Source: an uncultured Rickettsiaceae bacterium
GTDB lineage: Bacteria; Pseudomonadota; Alphaproteobacteria; Rickettsiales; Rickettsiaceae
Direction: 5' to 3'
DNA: 59,123 nucleotides
Assembly (NCBI GenBank): GCA_964436105.1
Contig: CAYTBU010000001.1
Coordinates: 1 to 59,123 of the forward strand
The first letter of the stretch is position 1. Each line of letters starts with the position of its first letter. Below are positions 45,851-56,595 of the stretch, piece by piece. The translations under genes and the position numbers were made by a program. A model generated the notes under the pieces. The model saw nothing but the letters and a program-made list of their open reading frames with translations, ran no database searches and was not told where the DNA came from.

Positions 45851-46384
45851 ATGCCAATTAAAACTATTAATGCTGATGATTTAAAGCGTTTAATTGATGA
45901 AGACGAAGTGTTAGTCATTGACGTGAGAGAACCAGCTGAGCATGCCTCGCATAATATTGAGGGAGCGAAATTGTTACCACTGGATATGATTAATAGGAAA
46001 ACATTGCCCAAGTCGGCAGGTAAAAAAATAGTTATCCATTGCCATTCTGGAAACCGTAGTAGCAAAGCTTGCATGAAGTTAATTGCTGAAGATCCCGCCT
46101 TGGAATTATATAATTTGGAAGGAGGAATTGCGGCATGGAGGGCAATTGGTCATGATGTGCAATCTTCTGGGGATGTATTGTTACCTTTAGATAGGCAGGT
46201 TCAGTGTACGATTGGCTCTCTTGTGCTGGTGGGGAGTTTACTTAGCTATTTTGTAAATCCATTATTTTGTTTATTCACATCTTTTTTTGGGGCCGGGCTT
46301 ATTTTTGCTGGATTGAGTGGTTTTTGTGGGTTGGCAATATTACTCTCTAAAATGCCTTGGAACCGCATTCAAAATAAGCAATGA
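45851..46384 (+). CDS. Rhodanese-domain sulfurtransferase fused to a C-terminal YgaP-like (DUF2892) membrane domain
   Basis: 177 aa. Active-site loop CHSGNRS within a rhodanese fold (VIDVREPAEH...LEGGIAAW). The C-terminal two-TM segment ends in GFCGLAILLSKMPWN. Confidence 0.8.
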   Translation: MPIKTINADDLKRLIDEDEVLVIDVREPAEHASHNIEGAKLLPLDMINRKTLPKSAGKKIVIHCHSGNRSSKACMKLIAEDPALELYNLEGGIAAWRAIGHDVQSSGDVLLPLDRQVQCTIGSLVLVGSLLSYFVNPLFCLFTSFFGAGLIFAGLSGFCGLAILLSKMPWNRIQNKQ

Positions 46385-46385
46385 T

Positions 46386-47183
46386 ATGTGGTTGTTAGGT
46401 CATATATTAGCATTGTTGATGGGTACTACTCTGGGATTTTTGGGAGCCGGAGGATCAATTTTTACTGTGCCAATTTTGGTGTATATATTAGGAATTAATC
46501 CTATTTTAGCGATGAGCTATTCTTTAGTGGTAGTCGGAGTAGCTGCCTTTGTGGGTGCACTGCAATATTGGTACAAGAAACAAATTCATTTTACTGTGGC
46601 TGCGATCTTCGCTTTGCCATCTATGGCTTCTGTTTTTCTGACTAGAAGATTTATCATGCCTAATATGCCAGAATATATTATGAGCATAGAAAAAGATGTT
46701 TTTGCTATGCTGTTATTTGCACTTTTGATGATGATTACCGCAATATTGATGCTTCGGCCGATAAAGCTATCTGCTAATGCTATGCATAATGTGGTGAGTA
46801 TAAGAAACTTATTCAAAGCAGTTGTTGGTAGTGCTTTCGTTGGTTTCCTTAGCGGGTTAGTTGGGGCTGGGGGTGGTTTTATGATTATTCCAGCTTTAAT
46901 CGTATTATTCGGATTAGAGATGAAAAAGGCGATTGGTACTTCTTTGTTGATTATTGCAATTAATGCATTAATAGCTGTGAGCGCTGATTTAGTCGTGGGC
47001 GTTGTGTTGGATTGGCAATTGGTGGGCGTCTTCTTAGTTTTTACTTTATTGGGTGTTTTGCTGGGTATAAAATTAGGACATAATTTTGACAGCGCAAAGT
47101 TAAAACAAATCTTTGGATTTCTTACCTTACTGCTTGGATTAGCAATTGGGGCGGTTGAAATTTATCAATTACTTAATGTATAA
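46386..47183 (+). CDS. TauE/SafE (DUF81) family sulfite/organosulfur anion exporter
   Basis: Same frame as track ORF 46317..47183. ATG at 46386 lies 1 nt after the rhodanese stop. Two GxGGG repeats (GFLGAGGSIFTVP and GLVGAGGGFMIIP) in a protein with about 8 TM segments. Confidence 0.85.
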   Translation: MWLLGHILALLMGTTLGFLGAGGSIFTVPILVYILGINPILAMSYSLVVVGVAAFVGALQYWYKKQIHFTVAAIFALPSMASVFLTRRFIMPNMPEYIMSIEKDVFAMLLFALLMMITAILMLRPIKLSANAMHNVVSIRNLFKAVVGSAFVGFLSGLVGAGGGFMIIPALIVLFGLEMKKAIGTSLLIIAINALIAVSADLVVGVVLDWQLVGVFLVFTLLGVLLGIKLGHNFDSAKLKQIFGFLTLLLGLAIGAVEIYQLLNV

Positions 47184-47195
47184 AGAGAGGCATTT

Positions 47196-48050
47196 ATGCA
47201 TATTAAACATTTTTTTGATGCTGATACGGCTACTTTTACCTACGTTGTAACTGATGATAGTACGAAGAAATGCGCTATTATAGATTCTGTACTGAATTAC
47301 GATACGTATGCTGGTAGAACTTCTACAATCTCTGCTGATGAAGTGATCGCGTATATAGAAGCAATGGATTTAACGGTGGAATGGATTTTAGAGACGCATG
47401 TGCATGCCGACCATTTAAGTGCTTCTAGTTATCTTAAAAGTAAATTAGGAGGCAAAATTTCTATCGGCGAAGATATCAAAAAGGTATTAAGTTTTTGGGT
47501 GCCGTTGTTTAATACAGAGCGTGATACTCCTTTAGATGCCAGAAAATTTGATCATTTATTTCAGGATAATGAGAGGTTTTTTATTGGTTCGATAGAGGTT
47601 AAAGTTATGCATACACCAGGTCATACACCTGCTTGCGTTAGCTATTTAATAGGTGATGCTGTGTTTGTGGGCGATACTATTTTTATGCCATATGTGGGAA
47701 CTGCTCGGACTGATTTTCCTGGAGGTAGTGCTAAAGCGATGTATAGATCAATCCAGAAACTATTATCATTGCCAAATGATACTCGTATTTTCACATGTCA
47801 TGATTATCCTTTGGAAAATATGCAGCCAGGGTTTATGTCAACCGTTGCTGAGCAAAAAAGGGATAATATAATGGTTCGTGATGGCGTTAATGAAGAGCAG
47901 TATATTGCTGCGCGTAATAAGAAAGATGAAGGCAAGGCTGTACCTAAGTTGTTATTACCATCTCTTCAAGTTAATCTCCGTGCTGGAGAGTTTGGTGATG
48001 CAGAGAGTAATGGGGTGAGTTTTATAAAGATTCCATTGAACAAGATATAA
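47196..48050 (+). CDS. MBL-fold metallohydrolase, persulfide dioxygenase (Blh/ETHE1)-like
   Basis: 284 aa. Metal motif ETHVHADH, then TPGHTP, GDTIF...GTARTDFPGGSA and the CHDY blocks. RBS AGAGAGG at 47184-47190. Confidence 0.8.
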   Translation: MHIKHFFDADTATFTYVVTDDSTKKCAIIDSVLNYDTYAGRTSTISADEVIAYIEAMDLTVEWILETHVHADHLSASSYLKSKLGGKISIGEDIKKVLSFWVPLFNTERDTPLDARKFDHLFQDNERFFIGSIEVKVMHTPGHTPACVSYLIGDAVFVGDTIFMPYVGTARTDFPGGSAKAMYRSIQKLLSLPNDTRIFTCHDYPLENMQPGFMSTVAEQKRDNIMVRDGVNEEQYIAARNKKDEGKAVPKLLLPSLQVNLRAGEFGDAESNGVSFIKIPLNKI

Positions 48051-48086
48051 AAAAAGGGCTAGCTATAAAATAGCTAGCCCTTTTTT
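48049..48086. terminator. Bidirectional terminator hairpin between the MBL gene (+) and sucD (-); right copy of the duplicated unit
   Basis: AAAAAAAA-GGGCTAGCTA-TAAAA-TAGCTAGCCC-TTTTTT. Confidence 0.75.
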
Positions 48087-48100
48087 AGTTTGTATGTAAT

Positions 48101-48973
48101 TTACTTCAGCAAATTATACATTGTTTTGCCGATTTCTGCCGGGGATGCTGAAACAGCGATGCCAGCTTGGCGGAAGGCTTCTAGTTTAGTCTCAGCGGAG
48201 CCACAGTCGCCAGAAATAATCGCACCAGCATGACCCATTCTTTTTCCTTTCGGAGCAGTAACGCCAGCAATAAAGCCAACAACTGGTTTCTTAATTTTAG
48301 AATGTTTTAGGAAATATGCAGCTTCCTCTTCTGCGCCGCCGCCAATTTCACCAATCATGATAATTGCTTTAGTTTCGTCATCTCTTAGGAACATATCTAG
48401 GCAATCGATGAAGTTTGTGCCATTGACTGGATCGCCACCAATACCGATGCAAGTAGATTGTCCTAAGCCTACAGCTGTAGTTTGCGCCACTGCTTCATAG
48501 GTTAGAGTACCAGAACGGGATACGATGCCAATGCTGCCTCTTTGATGAATATGCCCAGGCATGATGCCTATTTTACATTCACCAGGTGTGATAACACCAG
48601 GGCAATTTGGGCCGATTAGGCGAGTGCCTGAGCCTACTAATGCGCGTTTAACCCTTACCATGTCAAGTACAGGAATACCTTCTGTAATACAAACTACAAG
48701 TTCAATCTTTGCATCGATTGCTTCTAAAATTGAATCAGCAGCAAATGGAGGTGGAACATAGATAACACTGGCATTAGCCCCCGTTTTTGCTACTGCTTCT
48801 TCTACAGTATCATATACTGGTAAGTCTAGATGTGTTTTTCCGCCTTTTCCGGGCGTAACACCGCCAACCATTTTTGTACCATAAGCTATCGCTTGTTCTG
48901 AGTGGAAAGTGCCTTGGGATCCTGTGAATCCTTGACAAATAACGCGGGTGTTTTTATTTACTAATACTGCCAT
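48101..48973 (-). CDS. sucD: Succinate--CoA ligase (ADP-forming) subunit alpha
   Basis: 290 aa. [21 protein letters not shown] and the phosphohistidine block MGHAGAI. Confidence 0.96.
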   Translation of the reverse strand: MAVLVNKNTRVICQGFTGSQGTFHSEQAIAYGTKMVGGVTPGKGGKTHLDLPVYDTVEEAVAKTGANASVIYVPPPFAADSILEAIDAKIELVVCITEGIPVLDMVRVKRALVGSGTRLIGPNCPGVITPGECKIGIMPGHIHQRGSIGIVSRSGTLTYEAVAQTTAVGLGQSTCIGIGGDPVNGTNFIDCLDMFLRDDETKAIIMIGEIGGGAEEEAAYFLKHSKIKKPVVGFIAGVTAPKGKRMGHAGAIISGDCGSAETKLEAFRQAGIAVSASPAEIGKTMYNLLK

Positions 48974-48978
48974 ATTTC

Positions 48979-50139
48979 TTACCTTGTCGCTTCAACGATT
49001 TTTTGTGCTGCATCTGCTAGATCATCAGCTGCTATAATTTTTAAACCTGAATTTGCTAGAATTTCTTTGCCTAGTTCAAAATTTGTACCAGCAAGTCTAA
49101 CCACTAAAGGTATATTCAGCTGTACATCTTTTGCTGCTGCAATGATGCCTTCAGCGATGATGTCACAGCGCATAATTCCACCAAAAATATTGACTAAAAT
49201 ACCTTCAACGCTAGGATCCGATAAGATGATTTTGAATGCCTCGGTTACTCTTTCACGATCAGCGCCACCACCAACATCTAGGAAGTTTGCAGGCTCTGCT
49301 CCATATAATTTAATGATATCCATAGTAGCCATAGCAAGGCCAGCACCATTGACCATACAACCAATTTTACCATCCATTTTTACATAGCTTAGGCTAGATT
49401 GTGCAGCGCGTAGTTCAAGAGCTTCTTCTTCGCTCTCATCACGAAGAGCTAGGATATCTGGATGTTTGAACATTGCATTATCATCAAAATTGATTTTAGC
49501 ATCAAGCGCGATTAAATCCCCTTTTGTTGTTACTACTAATGGATTGATCTCAATCTGACTCGCATCAGTTGCCATAAAAGCTTTATAAGTAGCTTCAACA
49601 GTTTTCATCATAGTTTTAGCCAGGTCGCCAGTAAAACCAAGAGCAAAAGTTATTTTGCGACAATGAAATGGTTGCACCCCAGTTGCAGGATCGACTGATA
49701 CTTTGATAATTTTTTCAGGAGATTCCTTAGCGACTTCCTCAATATCAACACCACCCTCTGTTGAAGCCATGAACGTTACGCAGCTGTTGTCTCTATCGAG
49801 CGCGGCGCTAAAGTAATATTCTTTCTCAATATCACAGCCAGCCTCGACATAAATGCGTTGTACTTTCTGACCTTCCGGCCCTGTTTGATGAGTTACTAAG
49901 CGCATTCCCCACATATTATGCGCTGCACGTTTCGCTGTTTCTTTATCCATTACAACTTTAACGCCACCAGCTTTGCCACGCCCACCAGCGTGAATCTGTG
50001 CTTTGACGACATAAATTGATGTGTTTAAGCTATCAATCATGTCATCGATGTCGTTAGCTTCCAAGGCTACCACTCCGCTAGAAGTTGGTACACCGTATTT
50101 TCTTAAAATTTCTTTGGCTTGATATTCGTGAATATTCAT
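48979..50139 (-). CDS. sucC: Succinate--CoA ligase (ADP-forming) subunit beta
   Basis: 386 aa. [17 protein letters not shown] start, an ATP-grasp body and the [14 protein letters not shown] block. Confidence 0.96.
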   Translation of the reverse strand: MNIHEYQAKEILRKYGVPTSSGVVALEANDIDDMIDSLNTSIYVVKAQIHAGGRGKAGGVKVVMDKETAKRAAHNMWGMRLVTHQTGPEGQKVQRIYVEAGCDIEKEYYFSAALDRDNSCVTFMASTEGGVDIEEVAKESPEKIIKVSVDPATGVQPFHCRKITFALGFTGDLAKTMMKTVEATYKAFMATDASQIEINPLVVTTKGDLIALDAKINFDDNAMFKHPDILALRDESEEEALELRAAQSSLSYVKMDGKIGCMVNGAGLAMATMDIIKLYGAEPANFLDVGGGADRERVTEAFKIILSDPSVEGILVNIFGGIMRCDIIAEGIIAAAKDVQLNIPLVVRLAGTNFELGKEILANSGLKIIAADDLADAAQKIVEATR

Positions 50140-50287
50140 TAGTAACTATGTATTTATATTAACTCTGCTAGATTCTATACTATATCATCAGATTTGGCTA
50201 GAGTCTTTTGAGTAAAAATAATTATATTACTGGATTTGAGGGGGGCGTAAATACCCCTCGATAAAAAGAGTATAGGTGAGGTTAATG

Positions 50288-51823
50288 CTACTTCTCACCC
50301 AATGATTTAAACGCAGTGTCAGTAATAGGGTCAAGCATATAGCGTAGCAGAGTACGCGTGCCAGTAATGATTTGAACTTCTACTTGCATACCTGGATGAA
50401 GCTCTAAATTACGCGCTTTTGCAACTTCGTTAAATTCATCCATATCGATCTCAACTCGTCCAGCGTAATAAGTTGGGTCACCACCCATAGCCCCGCCACG
50501 CTCATCTGTCAGGATATCTGGCGACAGTGCAACTAGAGTGCCGTTAAAAGTTGGAGTGGTACGAGATTTAAAGGCGCTGAAACGTATTTTTGTTTTCAAA
50601 CCAACATGAACAGAGGCGATGTTTTTCGTTGGAATCTTAACTTCTACTACTAGAAAATCTTTCTCAGGAGAGACTTCAGCAATGGGTTGCTGAGCTGGAA
50701 TTTGCATTCCTATTGTATGGAATTTAAGCACATTGACAATGCCATCTACTGGCGCAGTGATGATTGCGCGATCAAAAGCATCTTTGGATTGCAAATAACG
50801 CCCATAAACATCTGGTAATTGTGTTTGTACATCTTTTAATTCCGATAACACCTTGGTTAAAGAGTCGCTTTTAACATTCAATATTTCGATTTCAAGTCTA
50901 CTAATATCTTGATTGATTCTTGCAATGTTAATATCACAATTAGTGACTCTGCTTTCTAAATCGGCTTCTCTAACTTCTATTTCCATTAAAGCTGTTTTGG
51001 AAACAAAACCTTTTTTAAATAGTTCTTTTGCAGCTTTTAGCCTATCTTTAGTACTGACATAATTCTTAGTTAAAGAAATTTTATTCGCTTCTTCGCCTTC
51101 TATTTGTTTGCGTGATTGCAAAATCTGTTGTTCTCTAGATGAAATTGCTCCCTTAATTGTCTCACGTCTAGAAACAAAAAGATTGTCTTGGGTGTCACGT
51201 ATTTTCTTTACTTCGAGGTCATCCTTTTGAGCAAGGAGTTCTTCTGGCATTTTTATTTCTTCATCGCCATCGCGTTCGGCTATTAATCTAGCTTGATTCA
51301 TCAGTAGAGTACGATATTGATTTAAAAAAGTTTCATACTGAGCTTTAAAGGCTACATCATCAAGAGCTACGATTGGATCACCTTCGTTTACATGTTCACC
51401 TTGCTTAACATAAATAGCCTTTAAAATGCCGCCTTGGGGGTGATTTAGGATCTTTCTGTTAGAGCTAGAAACTAAGGTGCCGATAGCTACTTCGCCGCTG
51501 TCTAGAGGTGCTAATCCTGCCCATAATCCACCAAAGATAAAAAAGCCAATAATTACGTAAGAGCCAAATAGAATAGGGGTTCTTGCCGTTTGAATTACAT
51601 CATTACGATCAGGGTCATTTGGATTAACAGCAAGATTCATGAATCTATCAACTAAAATTACGCCTTCCCCAATGGCTTTACTTATAAATTTCATCACTTT
51701 TTCTGTGATTTCTTGACGTTTCGTCAGTGGCTGTTTTTGTTTTTGAGCCATTGCAGCAAGCATTTTTAAAATCTCAGGATTCATTTGACCTTTAGGAGCT
51801 TCTGGTGTTTTTTTATCAGACAT
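50288..51823 (-). CDS. Type I secretion periplasmic adaptor (HlyD/AprE family)
   Basis: 511 aa. N-terminal TM segment, a long coiled-coil region and a C-terminal beta-barrel block ending GMQVEVQIITGTRTLLRYMLDP. 1-nt TAATG overlap with the upstream ABC gene. Confidence 0.88.
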   Translation of the reverse strand: MSDKKTPEAPKGQMNPEILKMLAAMAQKQKQPLTKRQEITEKVMKFISKAIGEGVILVDRFMNLAVNPNDPDRNDVIQTARTPILFGSYVIIGFFIFGGLWAGLAPLDSGEVAIGTLVSSSNRKILNHPQGGILKAIYVKQGEHVNEGDPIVALDDVAFKAQYETFLNQYRTLLMNQARLIAERDGDEEIKMPEELLAQKDDLEVKKIRDTQDNLFVSRRETIKGAISSREQQILQSRKQIEGEEANKISLTKNYVSTKDRLKAAKELFKKGFVSKTALMEIEVREADLESRVTNCDINIARINQDISRLEIEILNVKSDSLTKVLSELKDVQTQLPDVYGRYLQSKDAFDRAIITAPVDGIVNVLKFHTIGMQIPAQQPIAEVSPEKDFLVVEVKIPTKNIASVHVGLKTKIRFSAFKSRTTPTFNGTLVALSPDILTDERGGAMGGDPTYYAGRVEIDMDEFNEVAKARNLELHPGMQVEVQIITGTRTLLRYMLDPITDTAFKSLGEK

Positions 51824-53613
51824 TATTTACCTGCTGCTTTATTTAACTGAGTTGTATCATTAATATGCATGGTTCCGGTTTTGGTTGTTTCAACTCGACC
51901 ATAAATTTCTTCTTTAGTGCCAAAAGCGCTTACTTGACCATTTTGCATGATTAAAACCTTATCTACTACAGATAAAATAGAAGGTCTGTGTGAAATCACT
52001 ACAACTGCAATGCCTTTGCTTTTTGCCTCAACTAATGCTTTGGATAAAGCCATTTCACCAGCTTCATCAAGGTTAGCATTGGGTTCATCAAGAATAATTA
52101 ATTTTGGATCGCCATAGAAAGCACGCGCAAGGGCAAGTCTTTGTCTTTGACCGCCGGAAAGGTTAGAGCCGGCAATACCAATATCTGAATCATATCCTTC
52201 TGGAAATTTTAAGATCATTTCGTGGGCACCAGCCATTCTTGCAGCTGCGATTACTTTATCTGGATCTATTTCTGTAGACATACGAGCAATATTTTGCTTA
52301 ATCGAGCCACTAAATAATTCAATGCCTTGAGGAACGTAGCCAATATGTTTACCAAAATCTTCCCTGTTCCAGCGATAAATCTCACCACCATCGAGGCGTA
52401 CATGTCCAGATGAAGCTTTCCATACACCGGTCATAATTTTTGCCAAAGTGGATTTACCAGTAGCGCTTGGTCCAATAATAGCAATTAACTGTCCGGGTTC
52501 TACAGCAAAAGATACATCTTTTAACACATAGTTTGGTAGATTATCTGGATTCTTTTGAGCGGTAGGAAAGGCATAATATAAATTCTCAACGGTGAGTTTT
52601 CCAAGCACATCAGGGATAGCCATCGCATCATCTCTTAAAGAGCCGGTTTTAAAAGCATTCTGAATATTTTTATACGATTTCATTGCGGAGCTAATGCTTT
52701 TCCATAATTCAATCGCATTATCAAATGGTGCAAGAGCGCGTCCAACAAGAATAGAGCTCATAATCATTCCCCCGGAAGTCATGTCTCTACCACTGGTGCT
52801 TACCACCACATATGCCCCAAGGCCAGTTACAGCCATTTGCATAATATTACGGATAAAACGTGAGGAATTGGCAATGATGCCGTTACGATAGCTGGCAAGT
52901 GATTGTTTAGCCAAAGCCTTTTTATTAAATTGATGCCAGTTCGCAGCAACATTTTTCATCATACCCATGGCTTCAACTGCTTCAGCATTCCTAGTAGCAA
53001 CTTCTGCCTGATTCATGCTTTTTATAGAATAATCAGTTGCTTCACCTAGAGTTTTATTGGTTGCCGCAGCATTAATGAAAGCTGTTGATACGATAATAAA
53101 ACCGCCAACAATTGTTAAAATTCCCATATAAGGATGGATCATGAAAAGTACAATAATGTAAGCAATACTCCATGGTGCATCGAATAATGTATTGATACCA
53201 GTACTGGTAAGGAAAGTCTTAACGGTTTGAAAGTCTCGCAGTAATTGGCTAGCGCTTGTTCCTTGCTTCGCAGCAGCTGAGGATACAGCATGAGAAAACA
53301 ATACTGGCGATAAATTATTATCAAGCCATTCCCCAACCCTGATCAAAGTGAATGAACGTGCTATTTGAAGTAATGTATAAACTAAATAAATCGTAGCAAC
53401 AATTAAAGATAAAAAGAATAAGGTGCCTAAATTACCGCTACCAAGCACTCTATCAAGTACTTGCAGGGAATATAAAGGTGTTAAAATCATTGCAAGATTG
53501 ATGCCTAAAGCAAATACAAATACAATTTTTAAAGCCGGTTTGCATTTCTCTAAAGCTTCATCAAAAGGATTCAGCTTATGTATACTAGGACTTTCGTTTT
53601 TTTTAGGCTGCAT
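51823..53613 (-). CDS. Type I secretion ABC permease/ATPase (PrtD/AprD type, no C39 peptidase domain)
   Basis: 596 aa. Six-TM N-terminal half. Walker A GPSATGKST, signature LSGGQRQRLALARA and Walker B LIILDEPNANLD. Confidence 0.9.
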   Translation of the reverse strand: MQPKKNESPSIHKLNPFDEALEKCKPALKIVFVFALGINLAMILTPLYSLQVLDRVLGSGNLGTLFFLSLIVATIYLVYTLLQIARSFTLIRVGEWLDNNLSPVLFSHAVSSAAAKQGTSASQLLRDFQTVKTFLTSTGINTLFDAPWSIAYIIVLFMIHPYMGILTIVGGFIIVSTAFINAAATNKTLGEATDYSIKSMNQAEVATRNAEAVEAMGMMKNVAANWHQFNKKALAKQSLASYRNGIIANSSRFIRNIMQMAVTGLGAYVVVSTSGRDMTSGGMIMSSILVGRALAPFDNAIELWKSISSAMKSYKNIQNAFKTGSLRDDAMAIPDVLGKLTVENLYYAFPTAQKNPDNLPNYVLKDVSFAVEPGQLIAIIGPSATGKSTLAKIMTGVWKASSGHVRLDGGEIYRWNREDFGKHIGYVPQGIELFSGSIKQNIARMSTEIDPDKVIAAARMAGAHEMILKFPEGYDSDIGIAGSNLSGGQRQRLALARAFYGDPKLIILDEPNANLDEAGEMALSKALVEAKSKGIAVVVISHRPSILSVVDKVLIMQNGQVSAFGTKEEIYGRVETTKTGTMHINDTTQLNKAAGK

Positions 53614-53948
53614 AGAATCTTAACCTTAACTAAATTTGATATCTATTATATTAACAAAAAATAACTGATTATGCAAGTGTTTTTACATTAAAAGTTGAAA
53701 AATTTATATTTAATCTGATTGTAATACGCTTGGTCATATAAAAAAAGTTAATTCGTTAATGAATGATTGCTTATAATCTTAATTTCTTATTTTTCAAGCT
53801 TTAATGACACTAATGACACTGTAGTTTTGAAAAGGCAAAATCATTGCCCATCCAGCGAAGGCGGGAGTACACTTCTAAGTAATTCTGAATTTAATTAGGA
53901 TCAATTTCCTTTTCTTGATCCCGGATAAGTAGCTTTGTTTCATGGATA

Positions 53949-54043
53949 CCATCATTACGAGGAGGCCCCAAGGCCGACGTCGTTATCCAGAAGAAATAAA
54001 AAACTGGATTGCCGCGTCGATCTACAAATCTCCTCGCAATGAC
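53949..54043. repeat. RPE-like repeat, family A, short variant
   Basis: CCATCATTACGAGGAGGCCCCAAGGCCGACGTCGTTATCCAG-AAGAAATAAAAAA-CTGGATTGCCGCGTCGATCTACAAATCTCCTCGCAATGAC. It underlies the spurious track ORFs 53891..54136 and 54009..54299. Confidence 0.85.
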
Positions 54044-54056
54044 TGAAACAGAACCT

Positions 54057-56008
<1,952 letters not shown>

Positions 56009-56045
56009 TGTAACCCTCCTTGTAAGGTTTGATTGTTAATTGATA

Positions 56046-56146
56046 TAGTCTTTTGATTTAAACTTGCCTCGCCTAAATTTGCTGCTCACGTATTAATATA
56101 CGCATCGCAGCTTCACGCCTAGAGGCAAATTAAACTGAAAAGACTA
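56046..56146. repeat. RPE-like palindromic repeat, family C
   Basis: TAGTCTTTTGATTTAAACTTGCCTCGCC ... CGCCTAGAGGCAAATTAAACTGAAAAGACTA. The core GCTGCTCACGTATTAATATACGCATCGCAGC is shared with the copy at 26312. Confidence 0.8.
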
Positions 56147-56305
56147 GAATATCTTAAGCATTAACGCTATGAGCTACATATATGATCTATATCCAATAGT
56201 TCAAGATAGAGTCTTCAAAAAATCTGCAAAAAAAATTATTATAAAAAATTGAATATTATGCTTGCAAATGTGCGATCTTTTTTGTATCTTGCTTTTTCAT
56301 GGTGC

Positions 56306-56380
56306 GCGGGTGTAGCTCAGGGGTAGAGCGCTACCTTGCCAAGGTCGAAGTCGTGAGTTCAAATCTCATCACCCGCTCCA
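56306..56380 (+). tRNA. tRNA-Gly (anticodon GCC), CCA encoded
   Basis: Manual cloverleaf: acceptor GCGGGTG/CACCCGC, D-arm GCTC-AGGGGTA-GAGC, anticodon arm CTACC-TTGCCAA-GGTCG (one U-C mismatch at 28:42), T-arm GTGAG-TTCAAAT-CTCAT, discriminator T, then CCA. Very similar to E. coli tRNA-Gly(GCC). Confidence 0.9.
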
Positions 56381-56449
56381 TTCTTCAAAATCATTCCCAC
56401 AATTATTAGTTCTTAAAAATAAAATAGAAAAAGCTTAATAGCTAGCGCT

Positions 56450-56542
56450 CGTCGCCAGCGAGGAGTTTTCGCTCCGTGGCAATCCAGGTTTTTGTTTTTT
56501 ACTGGATCACGACGTCGGCCTTAGGGCCTCCTCGTGATGACG
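56450..56542. repeat. RPE-like repeat, family A, short variant (followed by a partial arm to ~56563)
   Basis: CGTCGCCAGCGAGGAGTTTTCGCTCCGTGGCAATCCAG-GTTTTTGTTTTTTA-CTGGATCACGACGTCGGCCTTAGGGCCTCCTCGTGATGACG. Confidence 0.85.
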
Positions 56543-56595
56543 TTTGCCTCGCCTGTGATGAGGTAGGTTATGAAAGTGCTGTTAGAGCATGATGA

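Noticed and set aside
45513-48201. Looked for an integrase, transposase, tRNA attachment site or inverted terminal repeats associated with the direct-repeat-flanked sulfur cassette
   Set aside because: None found. The only genes between the repeats are the three sulfur-related genes, so I did not call it a mobile element. It is reported as a finding instead.
50231-50262. Hairpin GAGGGG-GGCGTAAATA-CCCCTC between sucC and the HlyD-family gene
   Set aside because: No flanking T-run on either strand, so I did not call it a rho-independent terminator. It may be a fragment of a repeat (it is preceded by ACTGGAT).
56009-56300. Searched upstream of groES for a CIRCE element (TTAGCACTC-N9-GAGTGCTAA) or a clear sigma-32 promoter
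   Set aside because: No CIRCE-like inverted repeat is present. CTTGAA (minus strand, ~56202-56207) followed about 17 nt later by an AT-rich box is too weak a match to call a sigma-32 promoter.
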